From IMG/VR virus record IMGVR_UViG_3300021963_000022: 64,000 nt of DNA; one strand, given 5' to 3'. Made by a program: the position numbers and the translations under genes. How positions within the stretch are numbered: position 1 is the stretch's first letter; the number at the start of each line of letters is the position of its first letter. Below are positions 35,855 to 45,301 of this stretch, piece by piece. The notes beneath the pieces are model-generated. The model ran no database searches and was not told the DNA's origin. It saw nothing but the letters and a program-made list of their open reading frames with translations. This stretch comes from a virus (Duplodnaviria > Caudoviricetes).

Positions 35855-36865
35855 TTAGTTGATGTTTTCTTGTTTCATATAACTATGTACCGTATCTAAT
35901 GAGGAGCTAATAGCCATATGCATATCAATGTATACGTACATTCCACAACGTCCAATAAACGTATTCTTTGGATTCTCTATCTCTCTATACTTCTTATATA
36001 AATCTCTATACGTGTCAATCGGGTAATAACGTTCATTGTTGTTATCTTTGTAATCACATGGTTCTTCAAACGTCAAAGTAGTATTACCGGTCTTAATATT
36101 ATTGGGTAACTTATTCCATTCAGTCATTCTAGTAAACGACCCATTATCAGTAAAGTTAACTACAGTAGTGGGCAACAAATTTGGTAACGGGAATGTTATA
36201 GAATGAAACTTGATAGACCTATATGGTAATTCTCCATGCACAAAATCATAATAAACATCAATGGGCATAGAGTTAAAGATATGGTCATAACTATTTTCCA
36301 TACTTTTATCAAATAGGGTGTTTAACTTAACTGTTATATTAGGATGATTTAGTATGTTAGTGAATAAAGTAGTATATCCATGAGTAGGCAAGTATTGATA
36401 TTCATCTCTAAAATATCTATCATCGTCATTATCTCTAGTACTAACTCTATTCAATACATCTTTGCTTAATGTTTTATAATGTTCCCCCCACATCTTTTTG
36501 CTATAGGGTTCAAAGAAAGTTCTATATACATCTTCTTTCTTAACTGTTTGCAATGTAGTTGTATTGACTGGAAACGGAACATATTTTCCGCTTTCTAGTA
36601 ATGCCAATACATGATGTTCATAGAATGTCCATTCAGTAAACTTACTAACCCAATCAAATACTTTTTTATTGCTAGTATGAAATATGTGCGGACCATACTT
36701 GTGTATACGTAATCCATGCTCATTAATATAATCATATGCATTACCACCTATATGATCTCTGCTATCTATAACTGTTACAGTATAATCATTTTCAGCTAGT
36801 TCACGTGCGATAGTAGCTCCAGCAAAGCCAGCGCCTACTATTAAGATATTTTGTTTTGTTCCCAT
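35855..36865 (-). CDS. glf: UDP-galactopyranose mutase
   Basis: GAGFAG FAD loop, HIGGNAYD, HKYGPHIFHT, YQ.LP..GYT, LPYRS, RYYP, GR.G.Y.Y.DM. Confidence 0.93.
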   Translation of the reverse strand: MGTKQNILIVGAGFAGATIARELAENDYTVTVIDSRDHIGGNAYDYINEHGLRIHKYGPHIFHTSNKKVFDWVSKFTEWTFYEHHVLALLESGKYVPFPVNTTTLQTVKKEDVYRTFFEPYSKKMWGEHYKTLSKDVLNRVSTRDNDDDRYFRDEYQYLPTHGYTTLFTNILNHPNITVKLNTLFDKSMENSYDHIFNSMPIDVYYDFVHGELPYRSIKFHSITFPLPNLLPTTVVNFTDNGSFTRMTEWNKLPNNIKTGNTTLTFEEPCDYKDNNNERYYPIDTYRDLYKKYREIENPKNTFIGRCGMYVYIDMHMAISSSLDTVHSYMKQENIN

Positions 36866-37644
36866 AATTCGTTTGCATCCGCTACATAAAAAGATATATC
36901 TTTAATTTGTCCCAAATGAATTGCCAGTGTTTTCATTGGCATTAGTATTTTAACATCTTGTTGTTGCCATATATGACTAATAGTATTACCTTCCCAATAT
37001 CCATCTATTGTTCCTATGTCTAATAATGAATAGAAATTTTCTTTATACTTTTTAAACAGTGATACTGGAATCATAAACGATTCATGCGTAAACCATGTTG
37101 TCCTATAATATCTATCAGGACCTGGCAATACTAAACATTCTCTTACATATGTATCATTAAATTCATTAAATGGATGATAATATAATTGAGTAAAATCTTG
37201 TGGGAATATGCCAATTGAAACGTCAGGTGCGGTTATCTGTTGAAAATAGTCATATGCCTCTATCATCTTACTAATAGTATCAGTATAGTGCAAGTAATCA
37301 TCTTCTACCAAATAAACCAACTCATCATCGGGTAGTTGACTAATATAGTCTAATGCTATTTTTAAACTATATCTAGATTTTTGTTTTATGTCTTTGAATG
37401 TAATGGATGGGTCTATTACAACATCATGAACTGATGCACCTTCATAAAACTCATGCACAAACTGTTTTGTTTCTACTGAAGAATCATCATCTATTACATG
37501 TAAGCTAAAGGCCTGACCGTAATGAGTTAATGAAGTTACTAGTGATTTATAGCACCGTTTTACACAATCATCTTTTTGGACAATACGATTACTTGCTATT
37601 GAGGCTTTATCACATGTTCTTAGTACTACATTCAACTTTTGCAT
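36841..37644 (-). CDS. GT2-like glycosyltransferase
   Basis: VIDDDS, VYLVEDDYLH, A.HL motifs. Confidence 0.75.
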   Translation of the reverse strand: MQKLNVVLRTCDKASIASNRIVQKDDCVKRCYKSLVTSLTHYGQAFSLHVIDDDSSVETKQFVHEFYEGASVHDVVIDPSITFKDIKQKSRYSLKIALDYISQLPDDELVYLVEDDYLHYTDTISKMIEAYDYFQQITAPDVSIGIFPQDFTQLYYHPFNEFNDTYVRECLVLPGPDRYYRTTWFTHESFMIPVSLFKKYKENFYSLLDIGTIDGYWEGNTISHIWQQQDVKILMPMKTLAIHLGQIKDISFYVADANELWEQNKIS

Positions 37645-38438
37645 TACTTCAAGCCTAAGATTTTACGAATACCTGTAGCACTGATAGCATGGGTTTTTTC
37701 ATCAAATATTTCTTGTTCAATCTTATAACCAACATCACGCCCGTACGTAATATTGACGATGTTTGGTACAACTTGAATCTCATATTGCCCTTGATACAAT
37801 GGATCCAAATCACGTTTAATAAATGACTTAACCTTTTCTATTTCAAATGGGTTACTACCTTGCCAGCCCTGACAGTCACGAATTTGAATAACAACTTGAC
37901 CTGTTTTAGCAATAGCACGTTTAAACAAAGCACGATGACCTTCGTGCCATGGCTGCCAACGACCTAACATTTGTACAGTTTCTTTTTTCCAGTCAAATGT
38001 GGGTCTACGCCTATTGTCATGTAGATGTGCAAAAATGAATTCACTCCATTTTTCACTGTTTTGTTCTGTGATGCGAAAGTCATATACTTCAGGCTGGATA
38101 AATGCTTTGTTGGTATCTTCGTATCTACCTTCTTTAATTGTATCAACCCATATAGTCCAATCAGCTTTGAAATTATTACGCATCTCAACTAGTGGTGCAA
38201 CAAAATCACATATTACATACTCTATGTCAGTCATTGCATCTGCTAGTTCACGCATACGCAAGCTTTGACGTATACGTCCTTCTTTGCTAAAGTCCCAATC
38301 ATTATATTTTTTACGTACATCATCGGCATTGAGCCAAGCTACACGTTTGTTAGTTGTTTGTAGATGCCCAAGTAAATGTTGAGCCAGATGAGTTTTGCCT
38401 GAGCCCGGCAAGCCCATAATAAGAATACGCTGTGTCAT
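37644..38438 (-). CDS. APS kinase-like domain fused to C-terminal HxGH nucleotidyltransferase
   Basis: MGLPGSGKT P-loop, LNADDVR, DFS.EGR, DFVAP; C-terminal MLGRWQPWHEGH. Confidence 0.82.
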   Translation of the reverse strand: MTQRILIMGLPGSGKTHLAQHLLGHLQTTNKRVAWLNADDVRKKYNDWDFSKEGRIRQSLRMRELADAMTDIEYVICDFVAPLVEMRNNFKADWTIWVDTIKEGRYEDTNKAFIQPEVYDFRITEQNSEKWSEFIFAHLHDNRRRPTFDWKKETVQMLGRWQPWHEGHRALFKRAIAKTGQVVIQIRDCQGWQGSNPFEIEKVKSFIKRDLDPLYQGQYEIQVVPNIVNITYGRDVGYKIEQEIFDEKTHAISATGIRKILGLK

Positions 38439-38493
38439 GTTATCTCCGTTAGATATAAAAATATTTATAACAGAGATAACATGTCTGTATATT

Positions 38494-38910
38494 TTACATC
38501 AATGCGTCAACATCTTCATGTGTGGTTGCGGCATCAATTTCGGCTAATCGTGCTGTTAATGTTGTTTTGGCTGTAGTTATTGCAGTAATGTCAAATTCTT
38601 CAGATGGGTTAGCACTCATTTGAAGTCTCATTTGAGTTTGTACTACCTTTTGGAATTGTTCATTAGCTTGCCCAACTAATGTACCTTTACGTTCATCAAC
38701 ACTTAAATCACGTTTACCCCAAACAATTTCTGCTGGAGTTTTAGTAATATCAAAAGTGTGAGTTGTCATAATTTCACGGTTAGGTGTTAGGTCAGGAGTA
38801 ACCTCAACTGCTTCACGCCATCCATCTTGTCCTACGGGAGGTGTAGTGTCCCAGCATTCTACTACTGCATCGGCTACTATTTTTACCCAATATCCTGTTT
38901 TAATTGCCAT
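38494..38910 (-). CDS. Hypothetical, probably fibre-associated protein
   Basis: ORF with AAGGA SD and AATAAATA motif. Confidence 0.6.
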   Translation of the reverse strand: MAIKTGYWVKIVADAVVECWDTTPPVGQDGWREAVEVTPDLTPNREIMTTHTFDITKTPAEIVWGKRDLSVDERKGTLVGQANEQFQKVVQTQMRLQMSANPSEEFDITAITTAKTTLTARLAEIDAATTHEDVDALM

Positions 38911-38931
38911 ATTAATGTTCCTTTGTAGTAT

Positions 38932-40719
38932 TTATTCTTCATCTAAGTGAGTTTCAGCAATAAATTTATTTATATCTGTATTGATGTCAGTAAAGACGGT
39001 TGTCCAATCTCCAAAAGTTTTTTGTCTATATAATCGTACACAACCATACCATTCAGTTGTATTACCGGGTTTAGCCCATAGATAGTATGGTAGGATAGGT
39101 ACTATAATCCAAGTTGATACACCCATTGAAGCTGACAAATGTGCTATACTAGTACAAGAAGATATAACCAAATCACATGTACTGATTGCATAAGCTGTCT
39201 CTTCCCAGTGACTTAACGGAACTTCATTAATCCATTGTGGTCTATGTTCTGAACCCAAATCACGTTGTAATGATATAAATTCTACATCATCATTCTTAAT
39301 TGCTTCAAAGAAGGGATTTGGTGGAAATATCCTATGTTGTTCATGTTCAAAGTCTGGGTTACCTTGCCAACGCACACCTATACGTAATTTCTTACCGTGT
39401 TTATTTCTAGTTCTAATGATATATGGATTGCCGTCGACATTTTTATATTCCATACCTAAGAACACAGGTGCAGACATACTAGGTAACCAGAAGTCGTGTA
39501 CTACCCCAAATATAGCTTCGTGTTGAATTACTGCCACTACCCCCTTAACATTACGGAATAGTGTTGCAAGTTGTCCTGAGCAAGCTACAATAACTTCACA
39601 TCCTCTATCAGCTATTTCTCTAGCAAATCTAACAGAATGAATTTGATCGCCTAATCCACCCTCAAGGTTTAGTAGTACAGTTCCTTTACTGAAACCATCC
39701 CATAACGGCATAGGTGATTTAGGTGGTTCGTTACCAAATACTTTTTCTAATCTGCCGCGATACAACAGTTTATGACCTTCTAGTAAATTGCCCTTCCACA
39801 TCTCATACCAACCACGATTAAAAGCAGCACGATTATTCCAAGGTTCTTCTATTGCTAGCTTTTCCCCTATCTTGTTTCCTTCTTCAAAATTACCTACTAT
39901 ACCAGCCGCCAGTTGCAAATCTAAATCATGTATTGGACGACTGTTCGGTCCTTCTCCTAACCAGAATCTTGGTTGTACAAAATCTCTGTGATGTCTACCC
40001 AGCACTTGTTCTGCTTTTTGATTATGCTGTTTAGCTAATATAGGTTGAATGTCATGCAGACCTTTGACTTCCCAAACTTCTTCATCACGTTCTCGTAGAC
40101 CTGTACCATCGATATTATTAAAATCATATCCATCAAAATCAGATAGTTCTAAGAAGTCATGTATTCTTTTTAATTGTTTTTTTGGATTGTTAATTAAGTC
40201 ATCGTAATCAACAAACAGAATACATTCAGGTGCAAATCTATATCCAGACTCTAATAATTGATATGATTCTTTTATATGTTTAACCAAGTAGTCATTATGT
40301 ATAAAGTCATTAATATCAGTTGGTTTAGCGACACGTACCATACTTGCTACACAATCAGGTACGTTTCTTACTGTAGCGATAATTTTTGGTTTATGCCCTA
40401 GAACTTGAGCCATAGTAGGGATGTTTACTGGGCTTACCCAGCCACGTGCTTTATCTAGTATAATTGGTTTATTGATATGAATATATTTTTCTTCGCAGAT
40501 AGTTCTTAGAATTCGTTGAATTTCTTTTTTTTGATCTACTGTATCTTTAGTAGATGATTTGACTGGTAGAGAATCTGCCCAAGCACGTAGAGTACCAATC
40601 AACATGTCTAGTAACCCACTAGTAGAAGATGCATGGATATCAGGATGTTGATTTAGAATTCCAGCTAAAACAGTTGAACCACTTCGAGGTAGACCGGAAA
40701 GAAAGTATATATTTTTCAT
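38932..40719 (-). CDS. Sulfotransferase fused to GT9-like (GT-B) glycosyltransferase
   Basis: SGLPRSGST PAPS-binding loop, VRNVPD..AS; C-terminal EGGLGDQI..RF, GVRWQGNP, CDLVISSCTS.AHL. Confidence 0.8.
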   Translation of the reverse strand: MKNIYFLSGLPRSGSTVLAGILNQHPDIHASSTSGLLDMLIGTLRAWADSLPVKSSTKDTVDQKKEIQRILRTICEEKYIHINKPIILDKARGWVSPVNIPTMAQVLGHKPKIIATVRNVPDCVASMVRVAKPTDINDFIHNDYLVKHIKESYQLLESGYRFAPECILFVDYDDLINNPKKQLKRIHDFLELSDFDGYDFNNIDGTGLRERDEEVWEVKGLHDIQPILAKQHNQKAEQVLGRHHRDFVQPRFWLGEGPNSRPIHDLDLQLAAGIVGNFEEGNKIGEKLAIEEPWNNRAAFNRGWYEMWKGNLLEGHKLLYRGRLEKVFGNEPPKSPMPLWDGFSKGTVLLNLEGGLGDQIHSVRFAREIADRGCEVIVACSGQLATLFRNVKGVVAVIQHEAIFGVVHDFWLPSMSAPVFLGMEYKNVDGNPYIIRTRNKHGKKLRIGVRWQGNPDFEHEQHRIFPPNPFFEAIKNDDVEFISLQRDLGSEHRPQWINEVPLSHWEETAYAISTCDLVISSCTSIAHLSASMGVSTWIIVPILPYYLWAKPGNTTEWYGCVRLYRQKTFGDWTTVFTDINTDINKFIAETHLDEE

Positions 40720-40754
40720 AGAGATATTTAGAACTATCCCTATATTACAAAATA

Positions 40755-41579
40755 TTAATTGGGTGGATTCTTACCTAATGCTTCAAGTAACTTTGCTTTA
40801 AGCATACTATCTAATGGGACATTCTGATATATATAAGTTAATATACCACGTACTTGAGTATAACGTTCATCTTTATGAGTATGGTTAATAAACACTATAC
40901 CACACGTTACATAGTTTTCTAAATCTTGTATTTTATAATAATGCGTTAATAGATACCACAATGTCCAACAGTTAGTTGGATTTGTCTCATACTCGTCCTT
41001 CAACATCTTTATATACAATTCAGGACGAGATTGTTTCTTGAAATCTTGGTCATGAATCAAGTAGATATCTTTGTTATATATCTCAACTTCATATCTATCT
41101 TTATGCTTGAACCAAAGATGTTCATATATGGGTTGTGCCCAAATATAATCATGCCTACGATGTATCTTGTTAGTTCCTAAAAAGTTAGGTGGACCAACTC
41201 TAACGTTTTCAGTATATAAATCTAGTCTATCGCATGAAATATTAGTAACAGTAGGATTTACTTCTATTGTCTTTTTCATTTCAGTCAATACGTTGATACT
41301 AAAATATTCATCTAAGTCAGGACTTAAACACCAATCTACATCAGTGGGAATCATATCTAAGTTATAGTTACGTGCTACATTGAATATCCATGGGGTAAAT
41401 ATCTTTTGTTCAATTATAAGATTACTATCTGTTTTTGCAGCCTCTTGAAACTTTTCCCAAGTCCCGTCTGTTGAACCGGTATCAAGTATAACTCTGTATG
41501 TAAGGTCTTTGGTATAATATAACCATTTCTCTACATATTGTAGCTCGTTTTTACATATTGTGTATGCCGCTGTTTTCAT
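40755..41579 (-). CDS. GT2-like glycosyltransferase
   Basis: YTICKNE, LDTGSTDGT, FNVARN, SPDLDE, HEH-like YEHL. Confidence 0.8.
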   Translation of the reverse strand: MKTAAYTICKNELQYVEKWLYYTKDLTYRVILDTGSTDGTWEKFQEAAKTDSNLIIEQKIFTPWIFNVARNYNLDMIPTDVDWCLSPDLDEYFSINVLTEMKKTIEVNPTVTNISCDRLDLYTENVRVGPPNFLGTNKIHRRHDYIWAQPIYEHLWFKHKDRYEVEIYNKDIYLIHDQDFKKQSRPELYIKMLKDEYETNPTNCWTLWYLLTHYYKIQDLENYVTCGIVFINHTHKDERYTQVRGILTYIYQNVPLDSMLKAKLLEALGKNPPN

Positions 41580-42181
41580 TCTTGTGTTTTGATAAATGCT
41601 GTTTGTGATCCGTCAGGGATATTTAATATGTTCAGTTTATGCCAGTTACATTGAATAAACATCTCTACCGCCATTCGTACACTCATCTGTGCTGATTGTG
41701 TACCGTTCTTATCTGTGTAACGCCAAGTAGTAGTATCATCACATAGAATAACTCCTCCTACATGTAGTATCTTCCAAGCTAATACTAAGTCAGTTAATAC
41801 TTCACTTGCTTTGTGATCTCCGTCGATGTAGATAAACTCTGCTTTAACATTAGTGTTAATCAAATCCATCAAACCATCTGTACTAAATTTTGAAATATAT
41901 GTTACATTCTTATGTTCGTTTGTTTCGAGGTTATCTAAAAAATTTTGTTTTACTACATTAAAATCTTCACTCATATCATTACTGCCGACATGAGGATCAA
42001 TTGCGTAAATGTTAAGATTCTTATTGTATAGAGTAAGTTGGTCACTCATCCAAAATGTAGTAGAACCTTCGAACACACCCACTTCTACAATTGTGTTAGG
42101 TACACCATATGTTTGTACTAGATGACCAATGTTAACCATTGCACCCTTACCGCAATTGAAATCCATACTAAATTTGTACAT
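41576..42181 (-). CDS. Class I SAM methyltransferase (Methyltransf_24-like)
   Basis: VEVGVFEGS, AIDP, FIYIDGDH, GGVILCDD. Confidence 0.82.
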   Translation of the reverse strand: MYKFSMDFNCGKGAMVNIGHLVQTYGVPNTIVEVGVFEGSTTFWMSDQLTLYNKNLNIYAIDPHVGSNDMSEDFNVVKQNFLDNLETNEHKNVTYISKFSTDGLMDLINTNVKAEFIYIDGDHKASEVLTDLVLAWKILHVGGVILCDDTTTWRYTDKNGTQSAQMSVRMAVEMFIQCNWHKLNILNIPDGSQTAFIKTQE

Positions 42182-42786
42182 TATTGCTTTCTATATATAA
42201 CTATATTTTTTTCAGGATTAATATAGGGTGTTTCTTTGACCTTAGTCAAATGTTTCTCTATCTCAGTAAACACATTGAAGTTATCGTTATTCCAAATCAC
42301 GTAACCTTTTTCATCTACATCACTAGGAACAAATCTGTTATCTTCATTTACTAAAACTAAGTATCCATTGGGTTTTAGCGTGTTGACTAAATTTTCTATC
42401 TCTTGTTTTGGATTCTCTACGTGCTGTAATACAAATACTGCTAGACACACATCTATTGAATTGTTGTCAGGTAGCTGTGATATTATTTTAAACTTACGTG
42501 GGTTACTGACATATAATGTAGCAAAAGTTTTCATGCTTTCGCTAATATCATAACCCAATACAGAACAATCAAACTTGTTTACAATATTTTTACTAACACG
42601 TCCCATGCCACAACCAAAGTCTAAAACAATCGATTCGTTAGTAATAATATTTTCGTTAGCTATTATATCAACTAAAAATTCAGTTTCTTTGCAAAACTTT
42701 TCTGGTTTGTCAGCCTCGAAACTAAGAACCACATTCATTGCTTGGGTGATTGTGGTTACATCAAATGTTTCTTTGATATATCTCAT
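42181..42786 (-). CDS. Class I SAM methyltransferase
   Basis: VLDFGCGMGR, GYDIS..M, VLQH, LKPNG. Confidence 0.85.
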   Translation of the reverse strand: MRYIKETFDVTTITQAMNVVLSFEADKPEKFCKETEFLVDIIANENIITNESIVLDFGCGMGRVSKNIVNKFDCSVLGYDISESMKTFATLYVSNPRKFKIISQLPDNNSIDVCLAVFVLQHVENPKQEIENLVNTLKPNGYLVLVNEDNRFVPSDVDEKGYVIWNNDNFNVFTEIEKHLTKVKETPYINPEKNIVIYRKQ

Positions 42787-43502
42787 GTTACAAGTTTGTC
42801 GTTGCGTTCAGTAGTTCTACCGGTCAATGGTCTAGCAAGAATAGTTGTGTCTGTTGTTACATTAATATTTTTATCATAAGCAAACATGCCCTGATGTGTA
42901 ATGTTGAACAAGTCTGCTCTCATCATAATATCTAATGGAGCACAAATTCCCATCTTCAATACATGAGCAATCAAGTTCTTTGCCATTAACGGATCGATTG
43001 CATATGCATGGGCACGACAGATAAACAGATAGTTAGGGCCTTCACTAGCATGCGGTGGAATAGTTGGATGTATTCCCCAGCCTTGCTCTGCCCATTCAGC
43101 ACCACCTAGATAGCATATTGAGTTTACTGAATCATATGATGTAAACTTTTTAGTCATAATGCTATCATGTTCAAGTATAACAATAGGCTTATCGATCTTA
43201 GCACAATGAATCCACAAGCTGATATGACTTAATGCACAAGCAACTTCACCTCTAGTTAAGTAGTGGTCAGTAATCTTTAGCATTTTAATAACTGAATCAC
43301 CTACACTATGATCGGGTACTGTGATTTCAGGGCCAATGCCATTAAAGGCATCCCACACTTTATATTGCATACCTGCATTCATACAACTGAGTTGACATCG
43401 TTTAGAATACCTCTCAGAAGATTCATTACCTTTTACAGTAATGATGTAAGCGTGTTCTACTTCAAAATCACGCTTGTAAAATAAATTAAGATTTGTGTCC
43501 AT
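42783..43502 (-). CDS. GT25-like glycosyltransferase
   Basis: GEVACALSH..LW, ILEHD, AHAYAI, PLD. Confidence 0.75.
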   Translation of the reverse strand: MDTNLNLFYKRDFEVEHAYIITVKGNESSERYSKRCQLSCMNAGMQYKVWDAFNGIGPEITVPDHSVGDSVIKMLKITDHYLTRGEVACALSHISLWIHCAKIDKPIVILEHDSIMTKKFTSYDSVNSICYLGGAEWAEQGWGIHPTIPPHASEGPNYLFICRAHAYAIDPLMAKNLIAHVLKMGICAPLDIMMRADLFNITHQGMFAYDKNINVTTDTTILARPLTGRTTERNDKLVT

Positions 43503-45207
43503 CTAGTGCCCGTTTAAATTCAGTATAGTCGATACGACCTGGTTTATGTACTTGAATTAACATTCTAGTTGATAATGCTACATTATTCAAGTGATTTAGG
43601 GCATGATTAAGTTCTTCTTGGGTGATGGTACCATTTGATAGGCGTTGTTGATATGGGTCAGTGTATTCAAACTGGACATCACATACTTCAATATCAATGT
43701 CTTCTTCAAATGCTAGTAATGAATCACTTTCACCTTTATTTGCTTTTTCAAACATATGACGTTTGTTAAACAAGTTAAACATAGCAACCGTAATTAAACG
43801 TTTGTGTGTTGGGTCATCTAATGCTGTATCGCATCTCCAATGTGGTGTTTGTATTTCCCAAACAGCACCGTTCTCGCTTACACGATATAGTTCTTTAATA
43901 ACATCAATAAAGTCTCTACCAGTCTCACCCAGATGTTCTAAAATATCTTTAGCAACAACGTGTGAGTATTCATTGTCTTTCCACGGCCAGGGTAGAACGC
44001 TTAAATCAACATGTTCATCTGCATCAATGAATGTTGATTTGTCAACGTTAACAAAACCATCAAATTTTTTAAAGCCACAACCTAAGTTTAGTTTCTTAGT
44101 GATACGATCTTCATCTGGTTGATCGATATGTTTCAAGTTGAAACGTGCTTCTAGTGCAGTATAAAGACTTTGAAATGTTGGGTTCCATTTCTTAGGATCG
44201 GTTTGTCTAAAGATTTGTACGCACTTATAGTATGGACTTGTGTTAGAATCAGGTGAACCAGATGTCCAAGTATGGTATGGAAGAATAGGAACGATGACCC
44301 ATGTTTCTTTACCCATTGCGGCTGCTAAGTGTGCAACGCTAGTACAAGATGAGATAACAATATCCATGTTAGCAATAGCTGCCATTGTATCTTCCCAACT
44401 TAACAAGAAATGTTGCAAGTCAGTTACATTCTCTGGCAATTGAATAATGTTATGATCCTTTTGCAAGCTATAAATTTGTAGTTCATCATACTTTGTTAAG
44501 TTAGTAATAAAGTTCTCTGGGAACTTTCTAAATTGTTGATGTTCAAACTTTGGATTACCCGCCCAACGAATACCAACTTTAATCTTTTCACTATTGACAA
44601 ATGTTTTCCAAATTTCTGTACTATCTGGTTTAGCAGTTAAGTATGGACCATTAGGAAAGTCTGAGAACTCATGACCGGCTACCCAACCGGCACTAAAGCC
44701 CGGTACCCAAAAGTCATGAGGTACTGTATGTGCTTGATTGCGTAGTATAACTTGATCCACACCTTCAATACGTTCAAATACAGAAACTAGTTCAGGGGCA
44801 CATGCAATGTATACTGCCTTTGCACCTTGCTTCTTAAAGCTAGTTGCAAAACGTGCGTGAATGATTTCATCTCCGTAACCACCTTCTAGTGATACAATGA
44901 TAGATTTATTATTGATAGAATGTTTTTCTGGGTTAAAGATTGGTGCATCTGTTTTCAGAGGAGGGCTACCATATACATTTAAGAAACGTCCGTTCTCTAG
45001 TAATTGACAACCTTTTTTATAATCACCATCTTGAATTAAGAACCAGCCGCGGTTGAAGCAATGTCGCATCCAAATATCTTCAGTATTAACTCCTTTAGCA
45101 TCTAGTATTTTTTTAGGGCCTATGTTTTCTAATTTGTCTGAAAGCTGTCTGGCCTCTTGATGTTTACCTTCCAATTGAAGTTTGAGCATCATGTCTATTT
45201 CGTGCAT
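43486..45207 (-). CDS. GT9-like glycosyltransferase fused to C-terminal methyltransferase-like domain
   Basis: EGGYGDEI..RF, GIRWAGNP, MDIVISSCTSVAHL; C-terminal LNLGCG, LEHL, DPTH. Confidence 0.78.
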   Translation of the reverse strand: MHEIDMMLKLQLEGKHQEARQLSDKLENIGPKKILDAKGVNTEDIWMRHCFNRGWFLIQDGDYKKGCQLLENGRFLNVYGSPPLKTDAPIFNPEKHSINNKSIIVSLEGGYGDEIIHARFATSFKKQGAKAVYIACAPELVSVFERIEGVDQVILRNQAHTVPHDFWVPGFSAGWVAGHEFSDFPNGPYLTAKPDSTEIWKTFVNSEKIKVGIRWAGNPKFEHQQFRKFPENFITNLTKYDELQIYSLQKDHNIIQLPENVTDLQHFLLSWEDTMAAIANMDIVISSCTSVAHLAAAMGKETWVIVPILPYHTWTSGSPDSNTSPYYKCVQIFRQTDPKKWNPTFQSLYTALEARFNLKHIDQPDEDRITKKLNLGCGFKKFDGFVNVDKSTFIDADEHVDLSVLPWPWKDNEYSHVVAKDILEHLGETGRDFIDVIKELYRVSENGAVWEIQTPHWRCDTALDDPTHKRLITVAMFNLFNKRHMFEKANKGESDSLLAFEEDIDIEVCDVQFEYTDPYQQRLSNGTITQEELNHALNHLNNVALSTRMLIQVHKPGRIDYTEFKRALDGHKS

Positions 45208-45247
45208 ATTTTCTCCGTTGTATGTTTAATTTGGCAGTGCCGACGTT

Positions 45248-45284
45248 TTTGTCTATAAAACTGTAAAGTTATTTATAGACAAAA
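45248..45284 (-). terminator. Hairpin after the RCC1 gene, overlapping a TATAAATA motif
   Basis: tttgtctataaa/tttatagacaaa inverted repeat; TATAAATA at 45270-45277 on the minus strand. Confidence 0.55.
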
Positions 45285-45301
45285 CACTAGGTTGATTAAT
45301 T

